From an uncultured Fibrobacterota bacterium (GTDB lineage Bacteria > Fibrobacterota > Chitinivibrionia > Chitinivibrionales > FEN-1185): a stretch of DNA of 64,000 nucleotides. The stretch spans positions 287,624-351,623 of the forward strand of contig CAVWBU010000027.1 in the NCBI GenBank assembly GCA_963753345.1, in the 5' to 3' direction. The notes under the pieces were generated by a model, which saw only the letters and a program-made list of their open reading frames with translations, did not search any database and was not told the origin of the DNA. Both the position numbers and the translations under genes were made by a program. Below, one piece after another: positions 28,316-38,259 of this stretch (position 1 is its first letter; each line of letters opens with the position of its first letter).

Positions 28316-29416
28316 ATGAGAACGGCACCAACAACACTGTGCATCCTCGGCTGCGGCGGTTTTATCGGCTCGCACCTGTGTGAACGCATCCTCGCGGACA
28401 CAGACTGGCGCATTAGCGGCGTGGACCGGAATCCGGCGAAAATTTCCTCATTCCTCTCCCATCCAAGATTTACGTACGCCAACGTGGACATCGACTCCGC
28501 GGATGCCGTCGACGAATACCTGCGCACCAGCGACGTCGTGGTCTCGCTCGTTGCGCTGTGCAACCCGTCGCTGTACAATACGGTCCCGCTCCAGGTGATC
28601 GACAGCAATTTTTCCAGGCCGCTCAAAATAGTGGAACGCTGCTCAACGCTGCGAAAGCGTCTGGTGCATTTCTCCACCTGCGAAGTGTACGGAACAACGG
28701 TTTCCTTCCGGGCCGGCATGCCGTTCAATTCGAGCACCGACGTTTTCCGCGAGCAGACCACGCCGCTTGTGCTCGGACCCGTGACCGCGCAGCGATGGAC
28801 CTATGCGTGCGCAAAGCAGCTTCTTGAACGCGCCATTTTCGCGCACGGCGTGCAGAACGGCCTGGACTATACTATTGTACGGCCCTTCAATTTTATCGGC
28901 CCCCGCATGGACTTTCTGCCCGGCGTGGACGGCGAGGGCGTTCCGCGCGTGCTCGCCTGCTTTATGGACGCGCTCTTGTCGCAGAAGCCGCTCAAGCTGG
29001 TTGACGGCGGGAGAAACCGCCGAACGTTCACCGATATCCGCGATGCCGTCGACGCCGTCATGGCGATCCTTGCGCGTCCCGAAGAATGCCGCCGCCGCAT
29101 TTTCAACATAGGCAATCCGGCGAACGAGACGACCATTGCAGGTCTGGCGAAAACAATGATCGCCCTGTACCGCGACCTTCGTCCCGAACTGGCGGATTTT
29201 CCCTATTGCACCCAGACCGTCACGTCAATGGAGTTCTACGGCGCGGGCTACGAAGACTCGGACCGCCGCGTGCCCGACATTTCCGTGGCACGAGAGGCGC
29301 TTGGGTGGAAGCCTTCCGTTTCCCTCAAAGACTCGCTCCGTTCGGCAATGGAGTTTTACATCAAGGAATACAGCCGCGCGCGGGCGTGCACGCCCGCATG
29401 CACGGAGGCAGTCTGA
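28316..29416 (+). CDS. ArnA C-terminal-domain-like UDP-glucuronate decarboxylase (extended SDR)
   Basis: GCGGFIGSHL; collinear by eye with the E. coli ArnA decarboxylase domain (FLSHPRFTY…, VVSLVALCNPS, HFSTCEVYG, YACAKQL). ATG at 28316 (TTG at 28307 also open). Confidence 0.78.
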   Translation: MRTAPTTLCILGCGGFIGSHLCERILADTDWRISGVDRNPAKISSFLSHPRFTYANVDIDSADAVDEYLRTSDVVVSLVALCNPSLYNTVPLQVIDSNFSRPLKIVERCSTLRKRLVHFSTCEVYGTTVSFRAGMPFNSSTDVFREQTTPLVLGPVTAQRWTYACAKQLLERAIFAHGVQNGLDYTIVRPFNFIGPRMDFLPGVDGEGVPRVLACFMDALLSQKPLKLVDGGRNRRTFTDIRDAVDAVMAILARPEECRRRIFNIGNPANETTIAGLAKTMIALYRDLRPELADFPYCTQTVTSMEFYGAGYEDSDRRVPDISVAREALGWKPSVSLKDSLRSAMEFYIKEYSRARACTPACTEAV

Positions 29417-30144
29417 TTGACAAGAAGGTATCGGTCGTTGTGCCGGCATACAACGCGGCCCGCACTCTCGAAGAGGTTATTGCGCGGATTCCGCTCAAAT
29501 TATGGGAATCCATATCGCGGGTGTGGATCATCAACGACGGCTCCACAGACGGCACGCGAGGGGTTGTCGACGCGCTGTGCGCCGCGAACGGAAGGATAAG
29601 GGCAAGACATTTCGGCATCAACCGCGGCTACGGCAAGGCAGTGCGCGAAGGACTTTTCCAATGCCGGGAAGATGGATGCGATTTTGCCGTTTGCCTTCAC
29701 GCCGACGGCCAGTATCCGCCGGAGGCGATTCCCGGGTTTGTCGAAACAATGGCCGACCGCGGCATCGACCTTCTGCAGGGCTCGCGCATCGCTTCAGGCA
29801 CTGCCCTGTCGGGAGGAATGCCGGTTTACAAATATGTTGCCAACAGGATTCTGACGTTCTTTGAAAATATCGTATTCGGATTGTCGTTAAGCGATTATCA
29901 CAGCGGCATGCTGCTGTACAGCAGAAAGGCTCTCGATTCGCTGCCGTTTGACCGCTTGAGTGCGAGTTTTGATTTCGACCTCGAAGTGATAGCGGTGTGC
30001 CGCGCCAGGGGCCTTGCAATTGCCGAACTGCCGATTCCAACGCGGTATGCCGGTGAAGTGTCGCATCTCAACCCTGTAACCTATGGCCTGCGGGTGCTGC
30101 GCGTGATGGCGGAATATCTGGCCGGAAGGTACAACACGCTATGA
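29398..30144 (+). CDS. family-2 glycosyltransferase (polyprenyl-phosphate sugar transferase-like)
   Basis: VSVVVPAYN, INDGSTD and a DxD-type HADGQY are present. There is no C-terminal TM segment. The 352-aa ORF upstream extension is out-of-frame overlap with the preceding gene. Confidence 0.8.
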   Translation: MHGGSLIDKKVSVVVPAYNAARTLEEVIARIPLKLWESISRVWIINDGSTDGTRGVVDALCAANGRIRARHFGINRGYGKAVREGLFQCREDGCDFAVCLHADGQYPPEAIPGFVETMADRGIDLLQGSRIASGTALSGGMPVYKYVANRILTFFENIVFGLSLSDYHSGMLLYSRKALDSLPFDRLSASFDFDLEVIAVCRARGLAIAELPIPTRYAGEVSHLNPVTYGLRVLRVMAEYLAGRYNTL

Positions 30145-31043
30145 TCCTTGTAACCGGCGGAACCGGCGCCATGGGCAGCGTGCTTGTGAGGATGCTCGCG
30201 GAACAAAAGAAGAAGGTCCGCGTGATCTGCCTGCCCAACGACCCGTTTACGGCCCGGATCAAGAATATCGCCTTTGACATCCGATATGCCGACATTGCTA
30301 ACAAAGTTGACATCCGCAATGCGTGCGAGGGTGTGGAAACCGTGTACCATCTGGCGGCAATCATCATCTCAAAGGATGAGAAAGCATTTACGGACATCAA
30401 TGTTGAGGGAACGAGAAACATCGTTGCCGAAGCGGCACGGTCGGGAGTGAAACATTTCATCTATGTTTCTTCGGCATCGGTTACCTATCCCGCCCCTACG
30501 CCCTATTCGCTTTCGAAACGCGCGGCAGAGGAAATCGTCAAAACGTCCGGCCTCGTCCACACGATTCTCAGGCCGACGCTTGTGTACGGAGAGAAAGGCG
30601 GCCAGGAATTCGACATGTATCTTGACTACCTGAGGAAATTTCCGGTCGTCCCCTTCATCGGGAACGGCGCCGCGCTCAAGCGGCCGGTGTATGTGGAGGA
30701 TGTCAACGCGGGTATGCTTGCCGCGTGCGGCAACGAAAAATCATTCGGTAAGACCTACAATCTCAGCGGCGGCGAGGCAATCAGCATGATCGGTTTTACG
30801 CGGTTGTGCCTGCGGCTTCTTGGAATGGAACGCAAGCCGGTGCTGTGTCTCCCCGTGTGGCTGTGCAGGGTCATCGCCTTTCTCATGAGACTTGTCATGC
30901 GCGACCCGCCGCTCAAATGGCAGGTGATTGCGGGAATTATTCAGGATGCAAACCTCGATCCGTGGGAGGCTATGGAAGATCTGGGATATGCGCCGATGAA
31001 AGTTTCGGAAGGATTGCCGAAGGTGTTTCCGAGGAAAGCGTAG
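30141..31043 (+). CDS. NAD-dependent epimerase/dehydratase-family SDR
   Basis: MILVTGGTGAMGS, YSLSK (YxxxK). ATGA overlap with the GT2 stop. Confidence 0.85.
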   Translation: MILVTGGTGAMGSVLVRMLAEQKKKVRVICLPNDPFTARIKNIAFDIRYADIANKVDIRNACEGVETVYHLAAIIISKDEKAFTDINVEGTRNIVAEAARSGVKHFIYVSSASVTYPAPTPYSLSKRAAEEIVKTSGLVHTILRPTLVYGEKGGQEFDMYLDYLRKFPVVPFIGNGAALKRPVYVEDVNAGMLAACGNEKSFGKTYNLSGGEAISMIGFTRLCLRLLGMERKPVLCLPVWLCRVIAFLMRLVMRDPPLKWQVIAGIIQDANLDPWEAMEDLGYAPMKVSEGLPKVFPRKA

Positions 31044-31153
31044 ATGCGTGAAAGCGTCGATGTGTGAATGCGTTGATGCGTGTATGCGAAAATTACCGGT
31101 ATTTTCTTACTTTGTCTCTTTGTCACTTTGTTACTTTTCTACAGGAGGTCTTT

Positions 31154-31690
31154 ATGAAACGTCTCATGACCGGTGTTTTCGCCTTTTCATTCGCTCTCAT
31201 GCTTTCATTTTCAGCTTGTGCGCAATCAGATTCGGCTGCCGCTGCCAAGCCGGCCCCCAAGTCCGCAAAGACTGTTAAGGCGGAAAAAGCATCTCCGGCC
31301 GCTGCCGCAAAAACCACGCCGACAAAAGCCTCCGGCGACACCCTTGTCCTCATCGCGCGCATCACCGAAATCCCGGGCAAATTCGCGTCCAACGACCTGT
31401 ACAATTATGTTTACGTCATGAAATACCGGGTCCTGTCGGTGGTGAAAGGCGCGTACAAGCCGCAGGAGATTCTTGTGGGACACTACAATCCGCTCATTCC
31501 CCGTGCCCAGATCAAGGACGCCATGAAGAAGAATGTCGCGGGCACCGTGGAAAAATTCGAAGTGGGCGGCAAGCAGAAACTGTGGCTTGTCACGCCGATT
31601 GAAAAAGTGTGGAAGGACGCGGTGGACGACGAATATTCCGATTCGGACCTTGGTAAATACTACGCCGTGCGGGCCGACATCGTACAATAG
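31154..31690 (+). CDS. lipoprotein, unknown function
   Basis: AGGAGG at 31144-31149 precedes the ATG at 31154. Signal peptide plus lipobox SFSAC, then an Ala/Lys/Pro-rich linker. Confidence 0.65.
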   Translation: MKRLMTGVFAFSFALMLSFSACAQSDSAAAAKPAPKSAKTVKAEKASPAAAAKTTPTKASGDTLVLIARITEIPGKFASNDLYNYVYVMKYRVLSVVKGAYKPQEILVGHYNPLIPRAQIKDAMKKNVAGTVEKFEVGGKQKLWLVTPIEKVWKDAVDDEYSDSDLGKYYAVRADIVQ

Positions 31691-31729
31691 CACGATCCAC
31701 CACACCGGACATCGCTGGGAGAAACTCGC

Positions 31730-33160
31730 ATGGTTTTTTCATCGCAGATATTCCTCTTCTATTTTCTGCCGTTTTTTCTGACGGTCTATTTCCTTCTTCC
31801 GTTCAAGTGGAAGGGAATGTACATCAAGAACGTCTGGATTACGGTGATGAGCTATGTCTTTTACGGCTGGCTTGTACCCTGGTTCACGCTTCTTCTTTTT
31901 ATCACCTCCTACAAAGACTATTTGTGCGCCCAGATCATTGTGAAGCCGGGCATAAAAAAAGAGCGCCGCAAATTCGCGCTCGTATTCGCCATCGTCACCG
32001 ACCTGCTGTTGCTCGGGTTCTTCAAGTACTATATGTTTTTCATGGGCGGCGTTAACGGCCTGCTGCACATTTGCGGCGGTCCGACCCACACGTTTCATAT
32101 TCTGCAGGTGCTTCTGCCTTCGGGCATTTCCTTCTATACGTTCGTGGCGCTTTCGTACGTTATTGACGTTTACAGAGGCGATGCGAAGCAGGCGCCTTCG
32201 TTCGGCGCGTTCTCATGCTTTCTCGGCCTGTTTCCCCACCTCATCGCAGGCCCCATCATTCGCTACCAGAGCGTGGCCGACCAGCTGATGGAGCGCGAGC
32301 ATTCCATTGACAAGTTCGCAAGCGGCGCCGCCATCTTTGTCCTTGGTTTCGCAAAGAAGATCCTGCTTGCCGACACGGCGGCAGGCATCGCCGACGCCGC
32401 GTTCGGCGCAGACGCGCCCGGCATGCTCAACGCTTGGTGGGGTGTTCTCGCCTACTCGTTCCAGATCTACTTTGACTTCTGCGGATATTCGGACATGGCG
32501 GTGGGACTCGCGCGCATGATGGGCATCGAATTCATCAAAAACTTCAACGCGCCGTACCTGTCAAAGAGCATCTCCATTTTCTGGAAGCGATGGCACATAT
32601 CGCTATCGTCCTTTATCATGGATTACTTGTACATCGGACTGCTCGGCGGCAACCGGAGGGGAAAAGTACGCACCTATGTAAACCTCGGCCTCTCGTTTTT
32701 CCTGTGCGGACTCTGGCACGGGGCGAGCACGGCATTTGTTGTCTGGGGACTGTATCAGGGCGCGTTCCTCATTATAGAACGCATTCAGGGCAAGAACACG
32801 GTATATGCCAAGGCCCCGGCCTGGGTTCAGGTCGCATTGACGTTTGTGATAATCCTGTTCGGCTGGGTTGTGTTCCGCGCGCCGACGTTGTCCCAGGCGG
32901 TTCTGTACTGGGGCGCAATGGTGGGAGCAATCAAGGGATCGGCGTCCGCGCCGCTCCTCACGGCGCAGATTTTTTCGGCGCGCCATGTTTGTGAGATGGC
33001 GATATGCGCTCTTTTCGTGTGGCAGCCCGTGCAGGCCTACGAATGGGTGAAAAAAGGCATGACGCCGGCCAAGCTGGCGCTGTGCACTGCAGTGTTCCTG
33101 TACGCCGTTCTCGGCATGTTTACCCAGTCGTTCAGCCCGTTCCTTTACTTCCAGTTTTAA
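31730..33160 (+). CDS. MBOAT-family membrane O-acyltransferase (AlgI/DltB/PatA-like)
   Basis: 476 aa, polytopic. Conserved FWKRWHISLSSF…GGNRRG block containing the catalytic His. Confidence 0.9.
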   Translation: MVFSSQIFLFYFLPFFLTVYFLLPFKWKGMYIKNVWITVMSYVFYGWLVPWFTLLLFITSYKDYLCAQIIVKPGIKKERRKFALVFAIVTDLLLLGFFKYYMFFMGGVNGLLHICGGPTHTFHILQVLLPSGISFYTFVALSYVIDVYRGDAKQAPSFGAFSCFLGLFPHLIAGPIIRYQSVADQLMEREHSIDKFASGAAIFVLGFAKKILLADTAAGIADAAFGADAPGMLNAWWGVLAYSFQIYFDFCGYSDMAVGLARMMGIEFIKNFNAPYLSKSISIFWKRWHISLSSFIMDYLYIGLLGGNRRGKVRTYVNLGLSFFLCGLWHGASTAFVVWGLYQGAFLIIERIQGKNTVYAKAPAWVQVALTFVIILFGWVVFRAPTLSQAVLYWGAMVGAIKGSASAPLLTAQIFSARHVCEMAICALFVWQPVQAYEWVKKGMTPAKLALCTAVFLYAVLGMFTQSFSPFLYFQF

Positions 33161-33178
33161 GCCGGAGAGAAACGCGAC

Positions 33179-34816
33179 ATGAAAAAATCAGCTCTCATAT
33201 TCACGCTGTTCTTCCTGTTTGTCATATTTGCGCTTCCGATAACGCAGGCCGCGTACGAAGTGACGAACGGCAAGCGCATCCAGTTCTTCGATCTGTTCGA
33301 AGACACCTTTGTAACGCCGGTAAAACGCGCCGAAGCCATGAACATGCTTCTCACCCGCATCCAGGCGAGGGTCGATTCCATCGTCTCGGAAGTGGGGCAG
33401 CCGTCCCCCGATTCCGCCGCCGCCTGGGATTCGCAGCGCGAGCAGAGCCAGACCGACGAGGCCATGGTCGACGCGGCCGATCTGCACAAAACGGCCCTCA
33501 CCTATAACCGCCATGTCAAGGCGCCCGAAACATCGAAGCCGGTGGCCGCCATCACCTTATACCAGCAGTCGTTCGATTCACTCATGGCACATCTCCGCGA
33601 CGGCGACAAACCGGCCTCGGCACGCATTTGTGCGGCCTTGCGGGAATCAACATCGCGGCTTGCCGCTCGCTACCGTAAACCGGACATCGCGCACGGCGCG
33701 ATCCTTATTGTAAAGAACCTGCCGGTTATCTTCTGGAATGCAAAGTACTTGCGTCCTTTCGAAAAAGAAATCGAGAACACGTCCATTTTCACCACGTCGA
33801 CCAGACCCGTCATGTTTTTCCTCAGGTACGCGCTGTACCGGGACCTCGGCGAAAAAGGCGTGCTCGGCAGGAACGGATGGTTCTTTTACAAACAGGACGT
33901 CGATTTCCTGATCCGCCCGTACGTGCTCGACAAACGCGCCCTCAAGGTCGATCCGAACGACAAGGTCGTGTCCGACAATCCCATCCAGGCGGCCGTCACC
34001 TTCAAGCGGCAGCTTGCAGAATTCGGCGTCGATCTGCTGGTGGCGGTCATTCCGGGCAAACCGAGCATCTATCCGGACATGCTGGCGGGCAATGCCGACC
34101 CGCGCCTGGTGACGAGCAGGGGGAATTCCCACAAAGCAATCAACGACCTGCGGGCCTCGGGCGTCGAAGCGGTAGACCTTTTTTCGCCGTTTCTCGCGGA
34201 ACGCGCGAACGATTCCATTGCCGGCGACTCCCTGTATCTTTCGAAGGACACCCACTGGCGCGCCCGCGGCGTGCAAACCGCGGCTCGCATCGTCGCGGAG
34301 CGCATCAAGCAGTATCCGTGGTACCGGGCCGGCACAACAGAATACGCCATTGACTCCACCTTCATCGACCGCATCGGCGACGTGGGCGTCATGACCACGC
34401 TGCCCGCGGTAAAAATACACGAACTTTCGGTCTCATTCCCCGTTGAAAAGACGAAATGCTACCAGGTGTATCAGGTGGAACGCGACGAAAAGGGCAACGA
34501 AACCGGCAGGCACCTTTACAAGGACGATTCAAAAAACTCGCAAATCGTGCTCCTCGGCGACAGTTTTTCCCGCATTTACCAGTCCGACGAACCGCGCTCT
34601 GCCGGATGGATCTCGCACCTTGCCTATGAGCTCAAGCAACCCATCGCCTCCATTGTGAGCGACGGCGGCGCATCCACGCTTGTGCGCGAATCGCTGGCGC
34701 GCAAGCCGGGCCTGCTCAAGGGAAAGAAACTCGTGGTCTGGGAGGTTGTCGAGCGCGATTTCCGGTATGGAAACGAAGGCTGGCAAGACGTTCCCCTAAC
34801 CCTGGCAACAAAGTGA
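33179..34816 (+). CDS. AlgJ/AlgX (DHHW/SGNH-like) O-acetyltransferase partner protein
   Basis: N-terminal signal anchor. SKDTHWRARG motif (the DTHW of AlgJ-type proteins). GDSF near the C-terminus. Confidence 0.8.
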   Translation: MKKSALIFTLFFLFVIFALPITQAAYEVTNGKRIQFFDLFEDTFVTPVKRAEAMNMLLTRIQARVDSIVSEVGQPSPDSAAAWDSQREQSQTDEAMVDAADLHKTALTYNRHVKAPETSKPVAAITLYQQSFDSLMAHLRDGDKPASARICAALRESTSRLAARYRKPDIAHGAILIVKNLPVIFWNAKYLRPFEKEIENTSIFTTSTRPVMFFLRYALYRDLGEKGVLGRNGWFFYKQDVDFLIRPYVLDKRALKVDPNDKVVSDNPIQAAVTFKRQLAEFGVDLLVAVIPGKPSIYPDMLAGNADPRLVTSRGNSHKAINDLRASGVEAVDLFSPFLAERANDSIAGDSLYLSKDTHWRARGVQTAARIVAERIKQYPWYRAGTTEYAIDSTFIDRIGDVGVMTTLPAVKIHELSVSFPVEKTKCYQVYQVERDEKGNETGRHLYKDDSKNSQIVLLGDSFSRIYQSDEPRSAGWISHLAYELKQPIASIVSDGGASTLVRESLARKPGLLKGKKLVVWEVVERDFRYGNEGWQDVPLTLATK

Positions 34817-34926
34817 TAAAGGTTCTCTTCGCCCCCCTAACCCCCTATGGGGGCATAGTAAAGAAGCGTTTCACACCGTTCCTTGCCCAGTAGCGGGACG
34901 GGAGCAATTCGAAGGGCTCTTGCATC

Positions 34927-36845
34927 ATGAAAAAGACAGTTCTGATTTGTTCTTTCGCACTCATCGCGAGCCAACTGTTCGCCGCGCCGTTTGAGACCGT
35001 CGCCAAGAATTACAATCGCGTCACGTCAAGGGTCATGATCCGGTCGGTTGCGGTCCCTACGCTGGCAAACCTTGACTACGCGGTGTACACGGCAAACCCC
35101 ATACGGTTCGACCACCAGGCGGTGTCTCCCAAGAAACCGGCAAAGAAAATCGGCCTTGCCGACCTGACGTTTGGGGGCGCGCTCGTATCGCCCTGCGTTT
35201 CCCTTTCGCAAACCCCGCTTTCCGCAGCGGAAAAAGACATGCCGCTTGCCTGGGACCCGCTGCAAAACAAGCTTTGGGAAATCACCAAGTCCGACGAAAT
35301 CTCAAAAATCGGCGCAAAAATAAACGGGGAAAAATGGGCGGATCCGTCCGTGTTCATGGCATACCAGGAGATCGCGGCCGCGTATCTCCACGGTCAGGGA
35401 GACAGCACGCAGGTGTGGGTGAAAATTGAGTTCAAGCCGTGGGTGAAATTCCTCGACCCATCCATCCCCGACGAGGCAAAAGACGGATTCCATGTCGTCT
35501 ACGGCCGGCTTAACGTGGACGGCGTTGACAAAACAATCAAGCAAAAGGCGTTCGATTGGATCCGAAACGACTACCACAAAAACGGTCCTGACAAAAGACC
35601 AGGTTGTCGACTGGGCCAACCTGCTCGCCTCCTACTGGTATCCCAAGCTCAACACCGACGTGGTTGACATGACCGGACAAACGCAACTGGCCCACGCCCG
35701 ATGCGGACAAAGGCGCCATAAAGGAGCTCAAGGGCTTTACGGTGAAAAATCCGCTCGTGGTCATCCGCGGCAACCCGTATGGAACCATCCTGTACAACGT
35801 TTTCCTTGTTGATTTTCCGAAACGAGAAACCAGCAGCAGGCCGTTCAGGCACCGCCTCAGCAGGCCGCCTCGGGACCTGTTACGCTGGACGCATCGGTAT
35901 CCGCCAATTTCAAGGAAAACAACGCAAGGTTCGAATCCGAAGTAAAGACATTCGGCGATTATGCAGTCTGGGCGAAGAAAGACGAGCCGTTCCGGCTGTC
36001 TGCTGCATCATTTGTAAAGGCCTTGCCGGAAAAGCAGATGGGGTTCAAAGGGAAAGGACGACTGGCTGTTTTTCCGCGGTGAAGTTGCTTATCTCAACAG
36101 CGGCGACATGTCGCTTCAGGCGCCGGACAAGAACCCCATCCCCCATCTCGTCGAATTCGCCAAGTTTCTCAAGAGCAGGAACATTTCACTTATCTTTGTG
36201 CCGGTGCCGAACAAGTCAGATGTCTATTTCGAAAAACTGCCGGTCGACAATACTCCCAAGGACCTGTACGAAATTGTCAATCCCTATGCACGAAAGATGC
36301 TGCGTGATCTTCAAAATGCCGGCATCGAAGTGATCGATCTGCTGCCCGCCTTTCTCGCTGCTAAGAAAGAGGACGCCAAGAACAAGGAAGCGGTATATCA
36401 GCGACAGGACACGCATTGGACCGACCGCGGGCTTGAGATTGCGGCGCAGCTGATTTCGGATCGCATCAAGCAATATGCCTGGTATCCGGACGTTGCAAAA
36501 TCTGCCGTCAAGTATTCGGTCAAGGATACAACGTTCATGCGCCAGGGCGATCTTGTCGACAAGCTCGCAGAAGCCGACAAGACTGCCTTCCCCGCCGTTG
36601 AAATCGCGGCGAAACAGGTACACAATCCCGACGGCACCCTGTACAAAGGCGCCAACCCGGATTCGCCCATCATGCTGATCGGCGACAGCTTCACGGGGGT
36701 TTTCGAGCTTGTCGATTGCAAAGCAGCGGGCGTGGGCGCGCACGTTTCGGCGCTCACCGGCATACCGTTGGACATCGTCACGAGCTGGGGGGGCGGGCCT
36801 CTGGTGCGCGACAAGTTCTACCGAGCCGAGAAAGAACATGCTTGA
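34927..36845 (+). pseudogene. second AlgJ/DHHW-like protein, four frame breaks
   Basis: Signal peptide at the N-terminus. RQDTHWTDRG and IGDSF are in the last fragment (36108-36845). Hand translation gives a continuous protein across frames, switching at 35578-35582 (A5 run), about 35688, about 35826 and about 36050. Confidence 0.75.
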
Positions 36846-37011
36846 CAAGAAACGGGTGGTTATTTATATGATGGTCGCGAGGGATCTTTTCAATTACAGC
36901 CAGTTGTGGCAGCCGATGGAAGTCAAATAGATTTGGAAATTGCCGGTTGACGGTTGACAGTTGAGAGTCATTATTTATTAATGTGATTACTAAATCGATG
37001 ACCTATTTGAC

Positions 37012-37065
37012 GTTCGTGGTGAGCTTGTCGAACCATGGACGCCCTTCGACACGCTCAGGGCGAAC
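37012..37065. repeat. imperfect palindromic (REP/MITE-like) intergenic element, copy 2
   Basis: Arms gttcgtggtgagcttgtcgaa and ttcgacacgctcagggcgaac. It shares the tgagcttgtcgaa core with the 6726-6786 copy, and its arms are arranged in the inverse order. Confidence 0.6.
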
Positions 37066-37151
37066 GGTTGTAGTAATGTCATCTATATAGTGACGGGATT
37101 AATAATTGTACTTTCGTAGACAATTTACCTTTAACCTTACAGGAGTGCCTT

Positions 37152-38192
37152 ATGCATAAACGCTTGTTTTTCATTATCGGTTCAGCGCTTTTCTCCTTTT
37201 CCCTTCTTGCCTCCGCGCAGGAAGCTCCGACCGGAGCCGCCGTGTCCCCTACCAAGGACGAACAGAAGGCGCTCGACGGGCTCAAAGGACAAATCAAGGG
37301 GAAGATCGTGTGGTCAACGTCACGCGTGAATTCGAAGCACGACATCTGGATCATGAACGCGGACGGCACAGACCCGAAAGCGGTCACCAACACGCCGGGC
37401 AACGTGGACTGGTTCCCCCGTTTCTCCCCGGACGGCGCCACCATTCTTTTCTGCCGCAGCAATTCGGGATGGGTGCCGGAAAACGACGCGGAGATGAATG
37501 ACAAATGGGATTTGTGGACCGTCAAGCCCGACGGCACCGGCGAGAAAAAAGTGGCGGAGAGCGCCGTGTGGGGAACGTGGCGGCCGACCGGCGATTCCAT
37601 CGTGTTTGCCAGGGCATCAAAGGTGTTTATCAAGTGTCTGGCCACCAGCGAGGAAAAGGAGATATTCGACGCCGAAAAGCAATTCAAGAAGAGCACGTGG
37701 GCGCAGGAACCGGAAATGTCTCCCAACGGCAAATTCCTTGCAATCACCCTTCGCGGCACCAGCCGGCAGACGGGAATATGGAACTTTGCGAAAAAGGAAT
37801 GGTATACCACCGGCGCGGGCTGCGAGATCACCTGGTTTCCGGACAACAAGTCGGTCGTGCGGATGAACGAGGGTCAGGGCAACGGCGGCACCGAAGAGCT
37901 CAAGTTCGACGTTGACGAAAACGGAAAGCCGCTCGCCCTTCCGAGCGGCCTGAGCATCGACAACAAGTTCAGGTTCATGGACCTTCCGGGCAGGCGCTCG
38001 CACGAATATTTCCCGCAGATAAGCCAGGACGGCCAATGGATGGTCTGGTGCGCCACCATCTACGGCCAGGAACACGACATTTACGATTACGAAGTGTATG
38101 TGTGGAAAATCGGGAGCCCGCAGAAGGACGCGGTGCGTCTGACGTTCCATACCGGCAACGACAGGTGGCCCGACATTCACCTTGAGAAGTAG
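37152..38192 (+). CDS. secreted PD40/TolB-like beta-propeller protein
   Basis: AGGAG RBS at 37141 and a signal peptide. Repeated FSPDG / MSPNG / ISQDG propeller-blade motifs. Confidence 0.8.
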   Translation: MHKRLFFIIGSALFSFSLLASAQEAPTGAAVSPTKDEQKALDGLKGQIKGKIVWSTSRVNSKHDIWIMNADGTDPKAVTNTPGNVDWFPRFSPDGATILFCRSNSGWVPENDAEMNDKWDLWTVKPDGTGEKKVAESAVWGTWRPTGDSIVFARASKVFIKCLATSEEKEIFDAEKQFKKSTWAQEPEMSPNGKFLAITLRGTSRQTGIWNFAKKEWYTTGAGCEITWFPDNKSVVRMNEGQGNGGTEELKFDVDENGKPLALPSGLSIDNKFRFMDLPGRRSHEYFPQISQDGQWMVWCATIYGQEHDIYDYEVYVWKIGSPQKDAVRLTFHTGNDRWPDIHLEK

Positions 38193-38217
38193 ATTTCCCG
38201 GCCTTTCCGTTTTTATG

Positions 38218-38250
38218 GGGTTCGCCGCGCGGCGAACCCTATTTTATTTG
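38218..38250 (+). terminator. rho-independent terminator
   Basis: Perfect 10-bp GC-rich stem gggttcgccg/cggcgaaccc followed by tattttatttg, 26 nt after the stop at 38192. Confidence 0.75.
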
Positions 38251-38259
38251 CAATAAATT

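Noticed and set aside
29086-29397. 5' extension of the GT2 ORF (352-aa version).
   Set aside because: The extension is an Arg/Pro-rich alternate frame of the ArnA-like gene. GT2 homology (VSVVVPAYN) begins right after the ATG at 29398.
34817-34926. Short 'ccc-tat-ggg' hairpins: aaccccctatgggggc here, tctccctatgggaga at about 47889, and ccctcccc/ggggaggg at 59217-59236. Possibly a second repeat family or terminators.
   Set aside because: The stems are only 5-8 bp, no T-tracts follow, and similarity between copies is limited to the tat loop. That is too little to call a family from three instances.
35926-35945. An exact tRNA T-loop consensus, GGTTCGAATCC.
   Set aside because: The flanking bases cannot form the 5-bp T-stem (caagg vs ccgaa). 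There are no acceptor or anticodon arms. It lies inside the AlgJ-like coding sequence.
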